DNA of 64,000 nucleotides from Eledone cirrhosa (GCA_964016885.1 OZ024748.1:47554001-47618000), one strand, 5' to 3'. Numbered from the stretch's first letter, positions 32,265 to 47,197 are shown. Notes: generated from the letters alone by a model not told the origin. A program made the numbers and translations.

Positions 32265-32720
32265 GTGATGGTGGTAGTAGTGGTGGTGTGTGGGTGGTAG
32301 TATAGGTAGTGTGTTGGTGGTAGTAGTGGTGGTAGTAATGGTGGTGTGTTGGTGGTAGTAATGGTGGTGTGTTGGTGGTAGTAGTGGTGGTAGTAATGGT
32401 GGTGTGTTGGTGGTAGTAATGGTGGTGTGTTGGTGGTAGTAATGTTGGTGTGTTGATGGTAGTAGTGGTGGTGTGTTGGGGGTAGTAGTGGTGGTGTGTG
32501 GGTGGTAGTAGTGGTGGTGGTGTATGGGTGGTAGTAATGGTGGTAGTAGTGGTGGTGGTGGTGGTAGTAGTGGTGATGTGTGGACGGTAGTAATGGTAGT
32601 GGTGATGTGTGGGCGGTAGTAATGGTAGTGGTGATGTGTGGGTGGTAGTAATGGTAGTGGTGATGTGTGGGCGGTAGTAATGGTAGTGGTGATGTGTGGG
32701 CGGTAGTAATGGTAGTGGTG
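32265..32720. repeat. (GGT/AGT)n compound array
   Basis: Seen directly in the sequence. Confidence 0.9.
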
Positions 32721-32997
32721 GATATAAATAGGGAAGATATAAGAACATAAAACAAAAATATTTTAAATAATAATAATAATAATTGCGATATTAGTATTAA
32801 GGATGGAAACACCACCACCACTACAAACTACTATTATGATGATGATGATGATGATGATGATGAGGAGGAGGAGGAGGAGGAGGAGGAGGAGGAGGAGGAG
32901 GAGGAGGAGGAGGGGGGCTTCATTATGATCGTGACCATCATGATTCTGAAAAGAAAATAATTTTTTGTACAAAATCAATGGTTTAATGTTTGGGGGA

Positions 32998-33052
<55 letters not shown>

Positions 33053-33440
33053 CGAGAAAGAAAGAGAAAAAAGAAAGAAAGGAAAAAGAAAGAAAGAGAA
33101 AACAGAGAGAGAATGAGAATGAAAAAGAAAAGAGTGAGAGATAAGAAGAGATAAGATGGTGAAAAGTTTACCAAGCATATATGTTTTATATTCCAAAATA
33201 TTCTGACTGCATTTTAAAATGGCGAATATAAATTATTTTTAATCTTATATTAGCATCAATTTGAAAATCCATTGATAAAATTGATATATATAGTTGATAT
33301 AGATGACAATTTTATACAGTGTGGTGTGTATAACAGAGTGTATGACAACTACAGTGTCTGTGTGTATGTGTGTAAAGAATATCCAGTAGTGTGTGTAGAC
33401 AAAGTGTAAGTTACCATACAAGTGCGTTGTAAAATATAAT

Positions 33441-34020
33441 TCCTTTTTCTTTTTCTTCTTCTTCTTCCATTTATTCATGAGAAGGTCTCCGTCTGTATCT
33501 CTAAGTGAGACCAGACAAGCTTCTGGGTCTCCTGTCGGTTGCTTTTGCCCATAAAATCTGACCAGCAATTCTTCAACATTTAGCAAGTAAACTTGGGTTA
33601 CTTAAAAACCTTTTTCTTCTTCTTCCACTTATTCCTGAGAGGTTCGTGAAGGCAAAGTCCTCAAAAATTCCTTCCAGTGGATCATGTCAGAAGCAACTTT
33701 CTCCATCTGACCTGACTGGATCCTCAACTGAGACCAGCCAAGCTCGTGGATGTTATTCAACCATCTTGCTCGGGGTCGACGCCTCGGTCTCTTGCTGGTT
33801 GGTTTTCCCATAAAATCTATCTAGCGATTCTGTCGTGAGACATTCTAACCACATGTCCATAGTATCGGAGCTGTGATCCCTAAATTCGAAGAAGTAGCGG
33901 TTCTGCCTGGTGTGACTATATGATCGCCTAGCTACGCACTTTATCGAATAACGTTACTCCAAAGACCCTTCAGGGGAACCCATTTTGGCTGCTTGTATTG
34001 GCAATCCTAGTTTTTCGGTC
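33441..34020 (-). mobile_element. RTE-clade LINE 3' fragments (two)
   Basis: LRYYGHVVRM...KRPRRRPRARWLNNI, typical of the RTE ORF C-terminus, with (GAA)n tails. Stops and frameshifts present. Confidence 0.75.
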
Positions 34021-34174
34021 ATCCATTTTTTTTTTCATCTTGGGTAACAATATAATATAGTGACAACAGTTAATGACATAACTATAATACAGCAGTGTAT
34101 ATAGACAGCTAATGTAATAGGATACAGTTGTGCGCGTACACAAAACGTAAGGTACTATATTGATGTAATACATT

Positions 34175-35224
34175 GTGTTGTAAAATATAATGTAGTAACA
34201 AATATTGATGACTTACCAAAGGTACAATAATGTGTATCGACTTGTAATGTACCTACTTATGTATTAGTGTGTTGTAAAATATAATGTAGTGACTAATATC
34301 GGTGAAATACTAAGGGTACTGTAATGTGTGAGGACTTGTAATGTGCCTACTGAAGTAACAGTGTGTTGTAAAATATAATATAGTGACTAATATTGATGAC
34401 ATAGCAAGGGTACAGTAATGTTTGTAGACTTGTAATGTACCTACTGAAGTATTAGTGTGTTGTAAAATATAATATAGTGACTAATATTGATGACATAGCA
34501 AGGGTACAATAATGTTTGTAGACTTGTAATGTACCTACTGAAGTAACAGTGTGTTGTAAAATATAATATAGTGACTAATATTGATGAAATAGCAAGGGTA
34601 CAGTAATGTTTGTAGACTTGTAATGTACCTACTGAAGTATTAGTGAGTTGTAAAATATAATATAGTGACTAATATTGATGACATAGCAAGGGTACAGTAA
34701 TGTTTGTAGACTTGTAATGTACCTACTGAAGTAACAGTGTGTTGTAAAATATAATATAGTGACTAATATTGATGACATAGCAAGGGTACAGTAATGTTTG
34801 TAGACTTGTAATGTACCTACTGAAGTATTAGTGTGTTGTAAAATATAATATAGTGACTAATATTGATGACATAGCAAGGGTACAGTAATGTTTGTAGACT
34901 TGTAATGTACCTACAGAAGTAACAGTGTGTTGTAAAATATAATATAGTGACTAATATTGATGACATAGCAAGGGTACAGTAATGTTTGTAGACTTGTAAT
35001 GTACCTACTGAAGTAACAGTGTGTTGTAAAATAAAATATAGTGACTAATATTGATGACATAGCAAGGGTACAGTAATGTTTGTAGACTTGTAATGTACCT
35101 ACTGAAGTAACAGTGTGTTGTAAAATATAATATAGTGACTAATATTGATGACATAGCAAGGGTACAGTAATGTTTGTAGACTTGTAATGTACCTACTGAA
35201 GTAACAGTGTGTTGTAAAATATAA
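34175..35224. repeat. 94-bp satellite, about 11 copies
   Basis: GTGTGTTGTAAAATATAAT at 34361, 34455, 34549 and onward. Confidence 0.95.
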
Positions 35225-35402
35225 TTGTTTCTACTTTTGGCACAAGGCCAGCAATTATCCCAGTGTATTACTGGTACTTTATTTTATCGACTCCGTAAGG
35301 ATGAAAGGCAAAGTTAACCTCGGCGGGATTTGAACTCACACCGTAAAGGGACGTAACTGTGCTGCAAAGCATGGCGTCCGACCCTCTACCGATACTGCCA
35401 AA
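35222..35402 (-). mobile_element. tRNA-derived SINE
   Basis: Reverse complement of the 20524 SINE, B-box GGATTTGAACTC. Confidence 0.85.
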
Positions 35403-35444
35403 TATACCAACAAAACTTTACAACATACCCAGGAAGAAATAAAT

Positions 35445-36332
35445 ACACCACCACCACCAACAACAACAGCAACAACATCAGCTGCATTGCCAACACCACC
35501 ACCACCACCATCGTCACCAGCACCAGCACCACCACCACCATCGTCAGCAACACCAACACCAACAGCAACAACATCAGCTGCATTGCCAACACCACCACCA
35601 CCACCATCGTCACCAGCACCAGCACCACCACCACCATCGTCAGCAACACCAACACCAACAGCAACAACATCAGCTGCTTTGCCAACACCACCACCATCAC
35701 CATCGTCACCAACACCAACAGCAACAACAACATCAGCTGCATTGCCAACACCACCACCACCATCGTCACCAACACCAACAGCAACAACAACATCAGCTGC
35801 ATTGCCAACACCACCACCACCACCATCGTCACCAACACCAACACCACCACCACCACCATCGTCACCAACACCAACACCACCACCACCATCGTCACCAACA
35901 CCACCAACACCACCCCCACCATCGTCACCAACACCACCACCAACAGCAACAACAACATCAGCTGCTTTGCCAACACCACCACCACCACCATCGTCACCAA
36001 CACCAACACTACCACCATCGTCACCAACACCAACAACACCACCACCACCATCGTCACCAACACCACCACCACCATCGTCACCAACACCACCACCACCACC
36101 ATCGTCACCAACACCAATACGACCACCATCGTCACCAACACCAACACCACCACCACCACCGTCACCAACACCATCGTCACCAACACCAACACTACCACCA
36201 CCACCATCGTCACCACCACCATCGTCACCAACACCACCACCATCGTCACCAACACCAACACCACCACCACCACCAACACCAACACCACCATCTCACCAAC
36301 ACCAACACCAACACCACCACCACCACCACCAC
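35445..36332. repeat. (CCA/CAA)n compound array with CCATCGTCA units
   Basis: Seen directly in the sequence. Confidence 0.9.
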
Positions 36333-36846
36333 TAAACTACTGTTACACAATACCGTGGCTATGCAATTGTAAATACCTTGTAGACTTACGAATCCATTGA
36401 GCTGTAGTATTACGTAATGGTGCTTTCTTGCAGGAATAAAATAAAATGATACACGCTCAAATTAATTCACATAAAATCTCTTATATACTTCAGTTGACGA
36501 TTTCACAAACAACGGAGTATATGTATGTGTATGTACGTATGTATGTATGTCTGAATGTATGTATGTATGTATGTATGTTCGTATGTATGTATGTATGTAT
36601 GTATGTATGTATGTATGTATGTATGTATGTACGTATGTATGTATGTCTGAATGTATGTATGCACTCTTGAATCTATGCACGTACGTATGTATGCAAAGGG
36701 CAAACAGAAATGAAGCAAACGACACAGTACAATGAAGTGTATGTATATATATGTGAGTATGTATGTATATATATGTGTGTGTGTGGGGGGGGGTGTACAT
36801 ACGTATTTATGTTGTGGGTATATATATGCATGTATGTAAAAAATGT

Positions 36847-37253
36847 ACAAAGCCAGTCCCACTCTCTTAACCAAGATGATATTTACCAAAAAGAAGAACA
36901 AGTCAACATCATTGGATACCATGAGGGTTGCAGGTGTTATATCAGAGTTTTCCTTCTCCTAGAATTCTGCCTTGACAATGGCTAAGGGGTCATCTCTCCC
37001 GGTGATTTTGCTCACTATAAAAGCTTCACCGTACAGGCATTGCTTTATATCTGTAGATCCTTCTGCACTTGCGTCACATGGTACCATGGGCCCAGCACTA
37101 TGTGTCAGTAATTGTCACAAGTGTAGTGTTTGTACCAGAGTTTTCAAGTCGCTGGCTGGACTAAAAAGTCACACTCGTTCAGCGCATCGGTAGGGGTTCT
37201 CCTACATGGATATAAAGTAGTGGCCGTACTCGAAAACGAGTTGGCAGCCACCA
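36847..37253 (+). mobile_element. RTE-derived element, 5'-inverted copy
   Basis: 37007-37253 is the 3' half and encodes [22 protein letters not shown]. 36847-37010 is the adjacent 5' segment inverted. Confidence 0.85.
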
Positions 37254-37435
37254 TGTACGAATGTATGTAACTATATATGTTTGTACGTATGTATCTATGT
37301 ATGTAAGTACGCACAATAGACCAATACACTCACCCGTACTAACCCCTAATATATGGAGTCCTACAACAATAAATTAACTGACCCTCTTTTTCAGATATGG
37401 TTCTTTTTTTACTTTATATACACACATACACACAC

Positions 37436-37493
<58 letters not shown>

Positions 37494-37798
37494 CTTGGTT
37501 CTTTTATAACTTTACTGTTCATTTTCATAATCTGAAAAATTACTGTGAGTTTGTAGATCGATATATCTCATATGTCACCTCATTGTAACGTGTGTATGTC
37601 TTTAAAAGATGAAGGGGTTAACCTTTTAGTTATTTACGGGGACCTAGTAACAGACAATAGTAAATCACTTTTACAATAAGGGGATGACAGCTATTCCTTG
37701 AATGGATTCCCTCTATCTTATCGTTCCTGAATCTATTTTATTGTCTAAACTACATTGTTATGGGACACCATCGGTTTTTCAGCATATAAAGTACCATG

Positions 37799-37833
<35 letters not shown>

Positions 37834-37834
<1 letters not shown>

Positions 37835-38106
37835 TAGTAGCAGTACCCAGCGTTGCCTGGGTAGGTAAAATAATATCTGCTTTGATGAAAAGGTGTTGAT
37901 CTTAGCGACTGCTTCTCGATGACTCATCTATGGCCACACACAGGCCATGCGGGGGAGGGTGGGGATGACCTCTATCACTGAGAAACGCGGGTTATTGACG
38001 AAGGTAATACACAGACACACACACACATACACACATACACACACATACACACACAAACACGTATAGGGACACGAATTCACATACGGACACATACAACGTA
38101 GGACAG

Positions 38107-38137
<31 letters not shown>

Positions 38138-38254
38138 TACGTAGAGCGGACGACACTTAGACACACACACAGCTACGTAGAGTGGATGACACTCACACAC
38201 ACACACAGCTACGTAGGGTAAATGACACACACACACAGCTACGTAGAGTGGATG

Positions 38255-38286
<32 letters not shown>

Positions 38287-38843
38287 AAACACACACACAA
38301 AGCTACGTAGATGGATGACACTTACACACACACACGCGAGCGCGCATGCGTACAGAGCTACATAGACTGGATGACACTTAGACACACACACAGCTACGTA
38401 GAGTAAATGACACACACACACACACACTGCTACGTAGAGTGAATGACACACACACACACACACACACAGCTACGTAGAGTAAATGACACACACACACACA
38501 CACACAGCTACATAGAGTAAATGACACACACACACACACACAGCTACGTAGAGTAAATGACACACACACACACACACACAGCTACGTAGAGTAAATGACA
38601 CACACACACACACACACAGCTACGTAGAGTAAATGACACACACAGCTACGTAGAGTAAATGACACACACACACACACACAAACAGCTACGTAGAGTGGAT
38701 AACACTCACACACACACACACACAGCTACGTATATTAAATGACACACACACACACACACAAACAGCTACGTAGAGTGGATAACACACACACACACACACA
38801 CTCAACTACACACACACACACACACACAACTACGTAGAGAGGG

Positions 38844-38877
<34 letters not shown>

Positions 38878-38960
38878 CTACATAGACTGGATGACACTTA
38901 CATACACACAGCCAACTACACACAACTACACACAACTACACACAGCTACACAACAGTACG
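37834..38960 (-). mobile_element. Non-autonomous Helitron 3' end with internal minisatellite CAGCTACGTAGAGTAAATGA(CA)n
   Basis: CTAG at 37834, hairpin TACCCAGCGTTGCCTGGGTA, array at about 38100-38900. The 5' boundary is unresolved. Confidence 0.6.
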
Positions 38961-39143
38961 GCAGTCAGACAAACAATTTGGTGATCAAAGAGAAAAATGT
39001 TAGGAATGAGATGTCTTTGATGTTTGTCAACCATTGATTAATATTCACGGAATTCTGATCTGTTTTGGGTGAACAGATTCCTCACACTTCATCGTTGTAT
39101 CTTCTTTGTGGGGTCAATATATATACACACATATATATATATA

Positions 39144-39192
<49 letters not shown>

Positions 39193-39211
39193 ATATATTT
39201 ATATATATATT

Positions 39212-39252
<41 letters not shown>

Positions 39253-39572
39253 GTGTGTATATATTTATATATATATTTGTGTGTGTATATATTTATATAT
39301 ATATTTGTGTGTGTATATATTTATATATATATTTGTGTGTGTATATATTTATATATATATGTGTGTGTGTATATATATATATGCATATATATATATATAT
39401 ATAAGTGTGTGTATGTATATATATATATATATATAGATATATATATATATATATATATGTATGTGTACATATATATTTATATATGTATGTGCATATATAT
39501 ATGTGTGTATATATATATATGTATGTGTGTGTATATATATAGAGAGAGATAGAGAGAAATATGTATGCGTGC

Positions 39573-39616
<44 letters not shown>

Positions 39617-39692
39617 ATATATGTACATATATATATGTATATATATATATATGTGTGTGTATATATGTACATATATATATATGTATATATAT

Positions 39693-40011
<319 letters not shown>

Positions 40012-40024
40012 CATATACATATAC

Positions 40025-40090
<66 letters not shown>

Positions 40091-40092
40091 GC

Positions 40093-40150
<58 letters not shown>

Positions 40151-40664
40151 GTAAGTATGTATGTATACGTACATACATATATGTATACAGACGTACAGTA
40201 GCATGCATATATATATATATATATATATATACATACAGGTACACATACATATATGCACGTATCAGTTTTGCGGACGCTTGTTATAACGCCGCTTTGTTCG
40301 TTTGTAAACAAACTGAACAGCCTGAATTTATGCCGTACGGTGTTAAGGCAACCACGTCACCTTTTTGTTCAACACTGACACAGGAACGATGTACTAGTTT
40401 CAAGCTTGTTAGCTATCATCAGCACCGTATACCCTTCTGCCAGATAGTTGAACGTTCGAAAGTATATACTTTCCTTATGAAAATTAACGGCTGAGCAGCC
40501 TAATTTGCATATCGAGTGAGTTAAGTCGGTCAGGCATACCGAAAACGATAAGTTGAAATAAAATGAAAACGAAATTTCATTTCTCACTCTTAGTACGGCA
40601 CTTACTTAAATGTAAGTATGTATGTATACGTACATACATATATGTATACAGACGTACAGTAGCA

Positions 40665-40756
<92 letters not shown>

Positions 40757-41418
40757 CAGGTACACATACATATATGGACGTATCAGTTTAGCGGACGCTT
40801 ATTATAACGCCGCTTTGTTCGTTTGTAAACAAAAATTTCGTTTTCATTTTATTTCAACTTATCGTTTTCGGTATGCCTAACAACGAAGGCTGACTTCCCA
40901 CTGGAACACCTGAAGCCTGCAATACATTCCTAGAGTGCTTGGAAAAATTGATTTCCATTTCTTTCGCTAGGCGATCTCACTCGGAATGGCTAACACGTGG
41001 TTAGGATGGGCTGTCCAGAGTCTACAGTCCCCGCGTGCTGCTGGACTGCTAAACAAGGACATAATCTTTACTTAATGGAGAACTGTCTGCCATGAAGGAA
41101 TAAAGAACTTTGAAACATCTTGTATGATCCATGTTCGTGATCTAAGACCTAACATCAAGATTTGATCAAGCAGTCAATCTCGGCTCAAAATCCTGTCATC
41201 TGCACTAAATGTAGCTTTATGTGTAACTCAGCAGCTGGACTAAAGTGTAAAGTGATATTTAAGGCAGACCATAAACAATTCAAGTGAGGAGGCTGTTGAT
41301 CCCTCGTATGTCGCTGTACGACAGGAAAGACCCTAATATATATTAGGCATATTTACATGTCTATACTCAAAACTGGGTAAATTTATATGCACATTCACAT
41401 AGTTTCAGATATCTCAAT

Positions 41419-41491
<73 letters not shown>

Positions 41492-41589
41492 CTTTATCAC
41501 ATACCTCTTTATCCATATATAGAGAGAGACACATGCACACACGTATTCATATATATATACAATGAAAATGACAATGAAAGAGTGTTTAA

Positions 41590-41812
41590 CCCTTTAGCAT
41601 TTACATTACTCTATATATATACTATTGTATTTTCAAGGTAAAGGCTTTATCTCACATAATTATCTCACATAATATCGAATTTATGAGATTTTGATAGTAT
41701 TTTGTTTTAGAACAATACTTTAAAATCAGTATAAGTGGCCAGTTACGGCCTGTTCAAACAGAAAGAGATGAGAGAATTCTGGCCGGATATGGCCAGTTTA
41801 AATGCTAAAGGA
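41590..41812. mobile_element. piggyBac-type MITE
   Basis: TTAA|CCCTTTAGCATTTA ... TAAATGCTAAAGGA|TTAA. Confidence 0.85.
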
Positions 41813-41984
41813 TTAAAGCATTTATCACTTACGATCGTTTCATCCTAGCAGAACGCCAGATTCCTCGTATTTCGAATCTGTAGCTTGTAACTGGGTAATA
41901 TTTATTACCCACATTATATATATATTTATATATAGGTATACTTATATGTATACATATATATGCATTATCTACATATATGCATAT

Positions 41985-42064
<80 letters not shown>

Positions 42065-42328
42065 AAGTCTTAAAACGATTACATTTTAGTTTAGAACATT
42101 TATTTGCTGACAATTGTTTCTTCCAGAGGGAAGTCTGGTTTCATCGGAGCATAAGGAATATCGAAACATGTAACTAAAATACTAGTCATTTAGAACATTT
42201 AGGGTACATAATTGTTATTAGTGTCAAAGGCATCATGTGGAGAGCCAGGGGTTAAAAAGATGTTATGCTTGAAAGAACACAATTACAGTCAGCATTGGTT
42301 GGAAGTGTAATAGGTATAAGTAAAAAAG

Positions 42329-42766
42329 CAGAGATACGCAGTGATCTACATGTGGAAAATCCTGGAGGGACTAGCACCAAACTTTGGCATTGGGAGCTGG
42401 ACCAACCGTCGAACAGAACGTCAATGTGTGGTGCCAAAGGTCCTGTCTTCCACATCTAGAATAAGGAGCAGATATTGCAATAGCCTGGGCTTCAAGGGGC
42501 CTCAAATCTTCAACAAGCTGCCGAGGGATCTGAGAGATCTGCATGGTATGGAGGTGGATATCTTTAAGAAACAGCTCGACACCTTGCTTTCCAGAATCCC
42601 GGATGAGCCCACAGCAAGGCACGAAGGAAACCTAAGGGCAGCAGCAACGAACTCCTTCTTACACCAGTGGCCAACCAATACAGGCTGGAGATAAAATGTG
42701 TAGCAACAAGGGCGATGCCCCAGCATGGCCTCAGCCGGATGGCTTGAACAGGTAAAACAGTAAAAG
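42329..42766 (+). mobile_element. CR1/L2-group LINE 3' end (ORF2 C-terminus, stop 42694)
   Basis: IYMWKILEG...SLGFKGPQIFNKLPRDLRDL...FKKQLDTLLSRIPDEP, followed by a short 3'UTR with CAGTAAAA repeats. Confidence 0.8.
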
Positions 42767-42767
42767 A

Positions 42768-42857
<90 letters not shown>

Positions 42858-42862
<5 letters not shown>

Positions 42863-43283
42863 AATATACACGGGTGTGTATGATTGTGTATAGAAGATTA
42901 TATTAAGAAGAGGAATTCCAACTTTGTCTGATTTACTCGTTTTATTTACAATCCTTTAAAATATATAATGGTATTATAATGAAATAGTATGATAGAATAT
43001 TAAATTCTAAGTGTTAATTGAACAAGTACTTTCATGCTTTCGCAATCTTCAGGTTCATAATATGCGGTGACAGTCGAGTTTGCAATTTTCAACAGTTGAA
43101 AATTGCAAACTCGACTGTCACCACATATTATGAACCTGAATATTGCGAAAGCATGAAAGTACTTGTTCAATTAACACTTAGAATTTAATATTCTATCATA
43201 CTATTTCATTATAATACCATTATATATTTTAAAGGATTGTAAATAAAACGAGTAAATCAGACAAAGTTGGAATTCCTCTTATT

Positions 43284-43287
<4 letters not shown>
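42858..43287 (-). mobile_element. Fold-back family A, copy 2 (apex 43094)
   Basis: Palindrome 42901-43287 plus tail 42858-42900. Hammerhead intact on - (43019-43057). The + arm core is mutated to CTGAATA (43131-43169). Confidence 0.9.
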
Positions 43288-43317
<30 letters not shown>

Positions 43318-43347
43318 CATAAATATATATACATATACATATATGGA

Positions 43348-43385
<38 letters not shown>

Positions 43386-43955
43386 TACATATACATATAT
43401 GGATATATGCATATATATATATATATACATATATGCATATATATACATATATACATATATATATATACATATATGCATATATATATATGCATATATATAT
43501 ATATATACATATATATATCTATATGCATATATATAAACGTATATATATATATATGCATATAATATATATATACATATATAATATATATACCTGCATATAT
43601 ATATATACATATATGCATATATATATATATGCATATATATATGCATATAATATATATATACATATATATATATATATCTATATGCATATATATATATGCA
43701 TATAATATATATATACATATATATATATATATCTATATGCATATATATATACGTATATATATATATGCATATAATATATATATACATATATAATATATAT
43801 ACCTGCATATATATATATACATATATATATACATGCATACATATATATATATATATATATATACATGCATATATACATGCATACATATACATATGCATGC
43901 ATACATATATATATGCATGCATACATATATATATGCATGCATACATACATATACA

Positions 43956-44028
<73 letters not shown>

Positions 44029-44030
<2 letters not shown>

Positions 44031-44637
44031 TGGCTGCCAACTCGTTTTCGAGTACGGCCACTACTTTATATCCATGTAAGAGAACCCCTACCGATGCGCT
44101 GAACTAGTGTGACTTTTTAGTCCAACCAGCGACTTGAAAACTCTGGTACAGACACTACACTTTTGACCATTATTGACACATAGTGCTGGGCCCATGGTAC
44201 CATGTGACGACAAGTGCAGAGAGATCTCCACATATAAAGCAATGCCTGTGCCGTGAAGTTTTTATAGTGAGCAAAGGCACTGCACAAAGCCAGTCCCACT
44301 CTCTTAACCAAGATGATATTTACCAAAAAGAAGAACAAGTCAACATCATTGGATACCATCAGGGTTGCAGGTGTTATATCAGAGTTTTCCTTCTGCTAGA
44401 ATTCTGCCTTGACAAAGACTAAGGGGTCATCTCCCCCGGTGATTTTTGATGGCTATTGACTCTTAAGAGCCCCTTTGCCTTTTGACAGGTTTTGTTTTTA
44501 GTCCTGCAGGATGTCCAAAGCCACCCTCCTTACCAAGAAACTTTGGTAGGGTTGCCAGTTTAGTCGCCAACGACCCGACCATGAGACAGATTGTACTGGA
44601 ATACATGTTACCAGTAGCACCAACTGGTGACCTGACA
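44029..44637 (-). mobile_element. About 600-bp non-autonomous RTE-derived element, full copy
   Basis: Same ends as 24691-25299, with microsatellite on both sides. Confidence 0.75.
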
Positions 44638-44686
44638 TATATATATACATACATACATACATACATACATACATACACACACACAT

Positions 44687-44744
<58 letters not shown>

Positions 44745-44939
44745 TGTTGTTCGTGAAATAATCATCTCTGAATGTAATAAAACGATTTACAAGCAGTTTC
44801 TATTTGAAAGAGATAAGATATTCTAGGTGAATTAAGTTAGAGAAGTTGATAAGAACTAATGAAGAACATCGCTGCCATTATAGTTTTTACAGATTTACTG
44901 TTTGTCTGATGTCTCAGAGTGGGCGCTACCTCTGTCTGA

Positions 44940-46290
44940 GTGTGCTTGTATGTATGTGTATGTGTGGACGTGTGTATATATGTGTGTGTGTGTATGAGTA
45001 TACGCGTGAGTGTGTTTTTTAATGTGTGTCTGTCTGTGTGTCTGTGTCTGTGTATGTGTGTGGACGTGTGTATATATATATGTGTGTGTGTGTGTATGTG
45101 TATACGAACGAGTGTTTTTTTTATGTGTGTCTGTTTATGTCTGTGTGTGTATGTGTATGTGTGGACGTGTGTGTATATGTGTGTGTGTGTATAAGTATAC
45201 GCGTGAGTGTGTTTTTTAATGTGTGTCTGTCTGTGTGTATGTGTATGTGTGGACGTGTGTATATATGTGTGTGTGTGTGAGTATACGCGTGAGTGTGTTT
45301 TTTAGTATGTGTCTGTCTATGACTGTGTGTGTGTATGTGTGGACGTGTGTATATATGTGTGTGCATGAGTATACGAGCGAGTGTTTTTTTTATGTGTGTC
45401 TGTTTATGTCTCTGTGTGTCTGTGTATGTGTGGACGTGTGTGTATATGTGTGTGTGTGTATGTGTATACGCGTGAGTGTGTTTTTTTAGTGTGTGTCTGT
45501 CTATGACTGTGTGTGTATGTGTATGTGTGGACGTGTGTATATATGTGTGTGTGTGTGTATGCGTATACGCGTTAGTGTGTTTTTTAATGTGTCTGTCAGT
45601 GTGTCTGTGTCTGTGTATGTGTGGACGTGTGTATATATGTGTGTGTGTGTATGAGTATACGCGTGAGTGTGTTTTTTAATGTGTGTCTGTCTATGGCTGT
45701 GTGTGTCTGTGTATGTGTGGACGTGTGTGTATATGTGTGTATGCATGAGTATACGAGCGAGTGTTTTTTTATGTGTGTCTGTTTATGTCTGTGTGTCTGT
45801 GTGTGTATGTGTATGTGTGGACCTCTGTATATATGTGTGTGTGTGTATGATTATACGCGTGAGTGTGTTTTTTAATGTGTCTGTTTATGTCTGTGTGTGT
45901 ATGTGTATGTGTGGACGTGTGTGTATATATGTGTGTGTGTGTATGAGTATACGCGTGAGTGTTTTTTTTAGTGTGTGTCTGTCTATGGCTGTGTGTGTGT
46001 GTGTATGTGTGGACGTGTGTATATATGTGTGTGTGTGTGTATGAGTATACGCGTGAGTGTGTTTTTTAATGTGTGTCTGTCTATGGCTGTGTGTGTCTGT
46101 GTATGTGTGGACGTGTGTATGAGTATACGCGTGAGTGTGTTTTTTAATGTGTGTATGTTTATGTCTGTGTGTGTGCATGTGTGTATGCGGGGACGTGTGT
46201 ATATGTGTATGAGTTTGTATGTGTATGTTTGGGTGTGCATATGTGTATATACGTGAATGTGTGAGTATACGCGTGAGTGTGTTTATGTCT
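44940..46290. repeat. TG-rich minisatellite (GTGGACGTG...GAGTATACGCGTGAGTGTGTTTTT units)
   Basis: The motif pair recurs more than 10 times with variable (TG)n. Confidence 0.9.
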
Positions 46291-46898
46291 GTGTGGTTGT
46301 GTGTATGTGCGTATGTGTGTGTATATATATGTGTGTTTGTTTGTAAATGTGTGCGTATGTGTGTATGCGTGTTGTGTGCGTCTATGTGATGTGTGTAAAT
46401 GTGTGTATGCCTGCGTGTTTGAATATGTGTATATGTGTGTATGCATATGTATGTGTGTGTGTGTGTGCATGTATGTGCGTGTATGTGTGTGTATATGTGT
46501 GTGTGGGGGTGTATGTGTGTGGGGGGGTGTATATATATATATGTGTGTGTGTATATATATGTGTGTGTATATGTGTGTGTGCGTGTGTGTGCGTGTATAT
46601 ATATATGTGTGTGTATATATGTGTGTATATATGTGTGTGTTTATATTAAATACTTTACACTAAAAGTAATCAGAAGAAATGAAACGAAACAGCATTAGTT
46701 CCTTGACGGTGTCAAAGTGATTGGTTTATTGATAATGTATTGGTTACTGATCTGATGTATATATATATATATACATATACATACATATATATATATATAC
46801 ATACATATATATATACACAGGTATGTTCAATGTCTAATGTCTCAATTAAAATAAATCGTTAACTACATAGACAGAGAAGATGAAACTTAGGCCATACT

Positions 46899-46930
<32 letters not shown>

Positions 46931-47197
46931 TATAGATAGGTAAATATACACGGGTGTGCATGATTGTGTATATATATATCTGTATGTGTATGTATGTATA
47001 TATTTATGCGTATATGTGTTGGGGTGGTGTATAACGTTTACGACCAAATTAAAACTATATAACATTTATTTACATAAATGTTATATAGTATTGCTTTAGT
47101 TATAAACGTTTTCCTATATTTAATGTTATTTAGTAGCCAGAGCTTGAATTTTTCCTGAAATTTTTGTCATGGATCATACCAGCTCTCTCTCTCTCTT

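Noticed and set aside
35487-36335. Extensin- or mucin-like Pro-rich ORF
   Set aside because: A (CCA)n compound repeat next to a SINE, with a non-ATG start, also open on the opposite strand.
38100-38900. CRISPR-like look of a constant 20-mer with variable spacers
   Set aside because: The spacers are only (CA)n of varying length, the context is eukaryotic and there are no cas genes. The same applies to 1218-1855 and 34175-35224.
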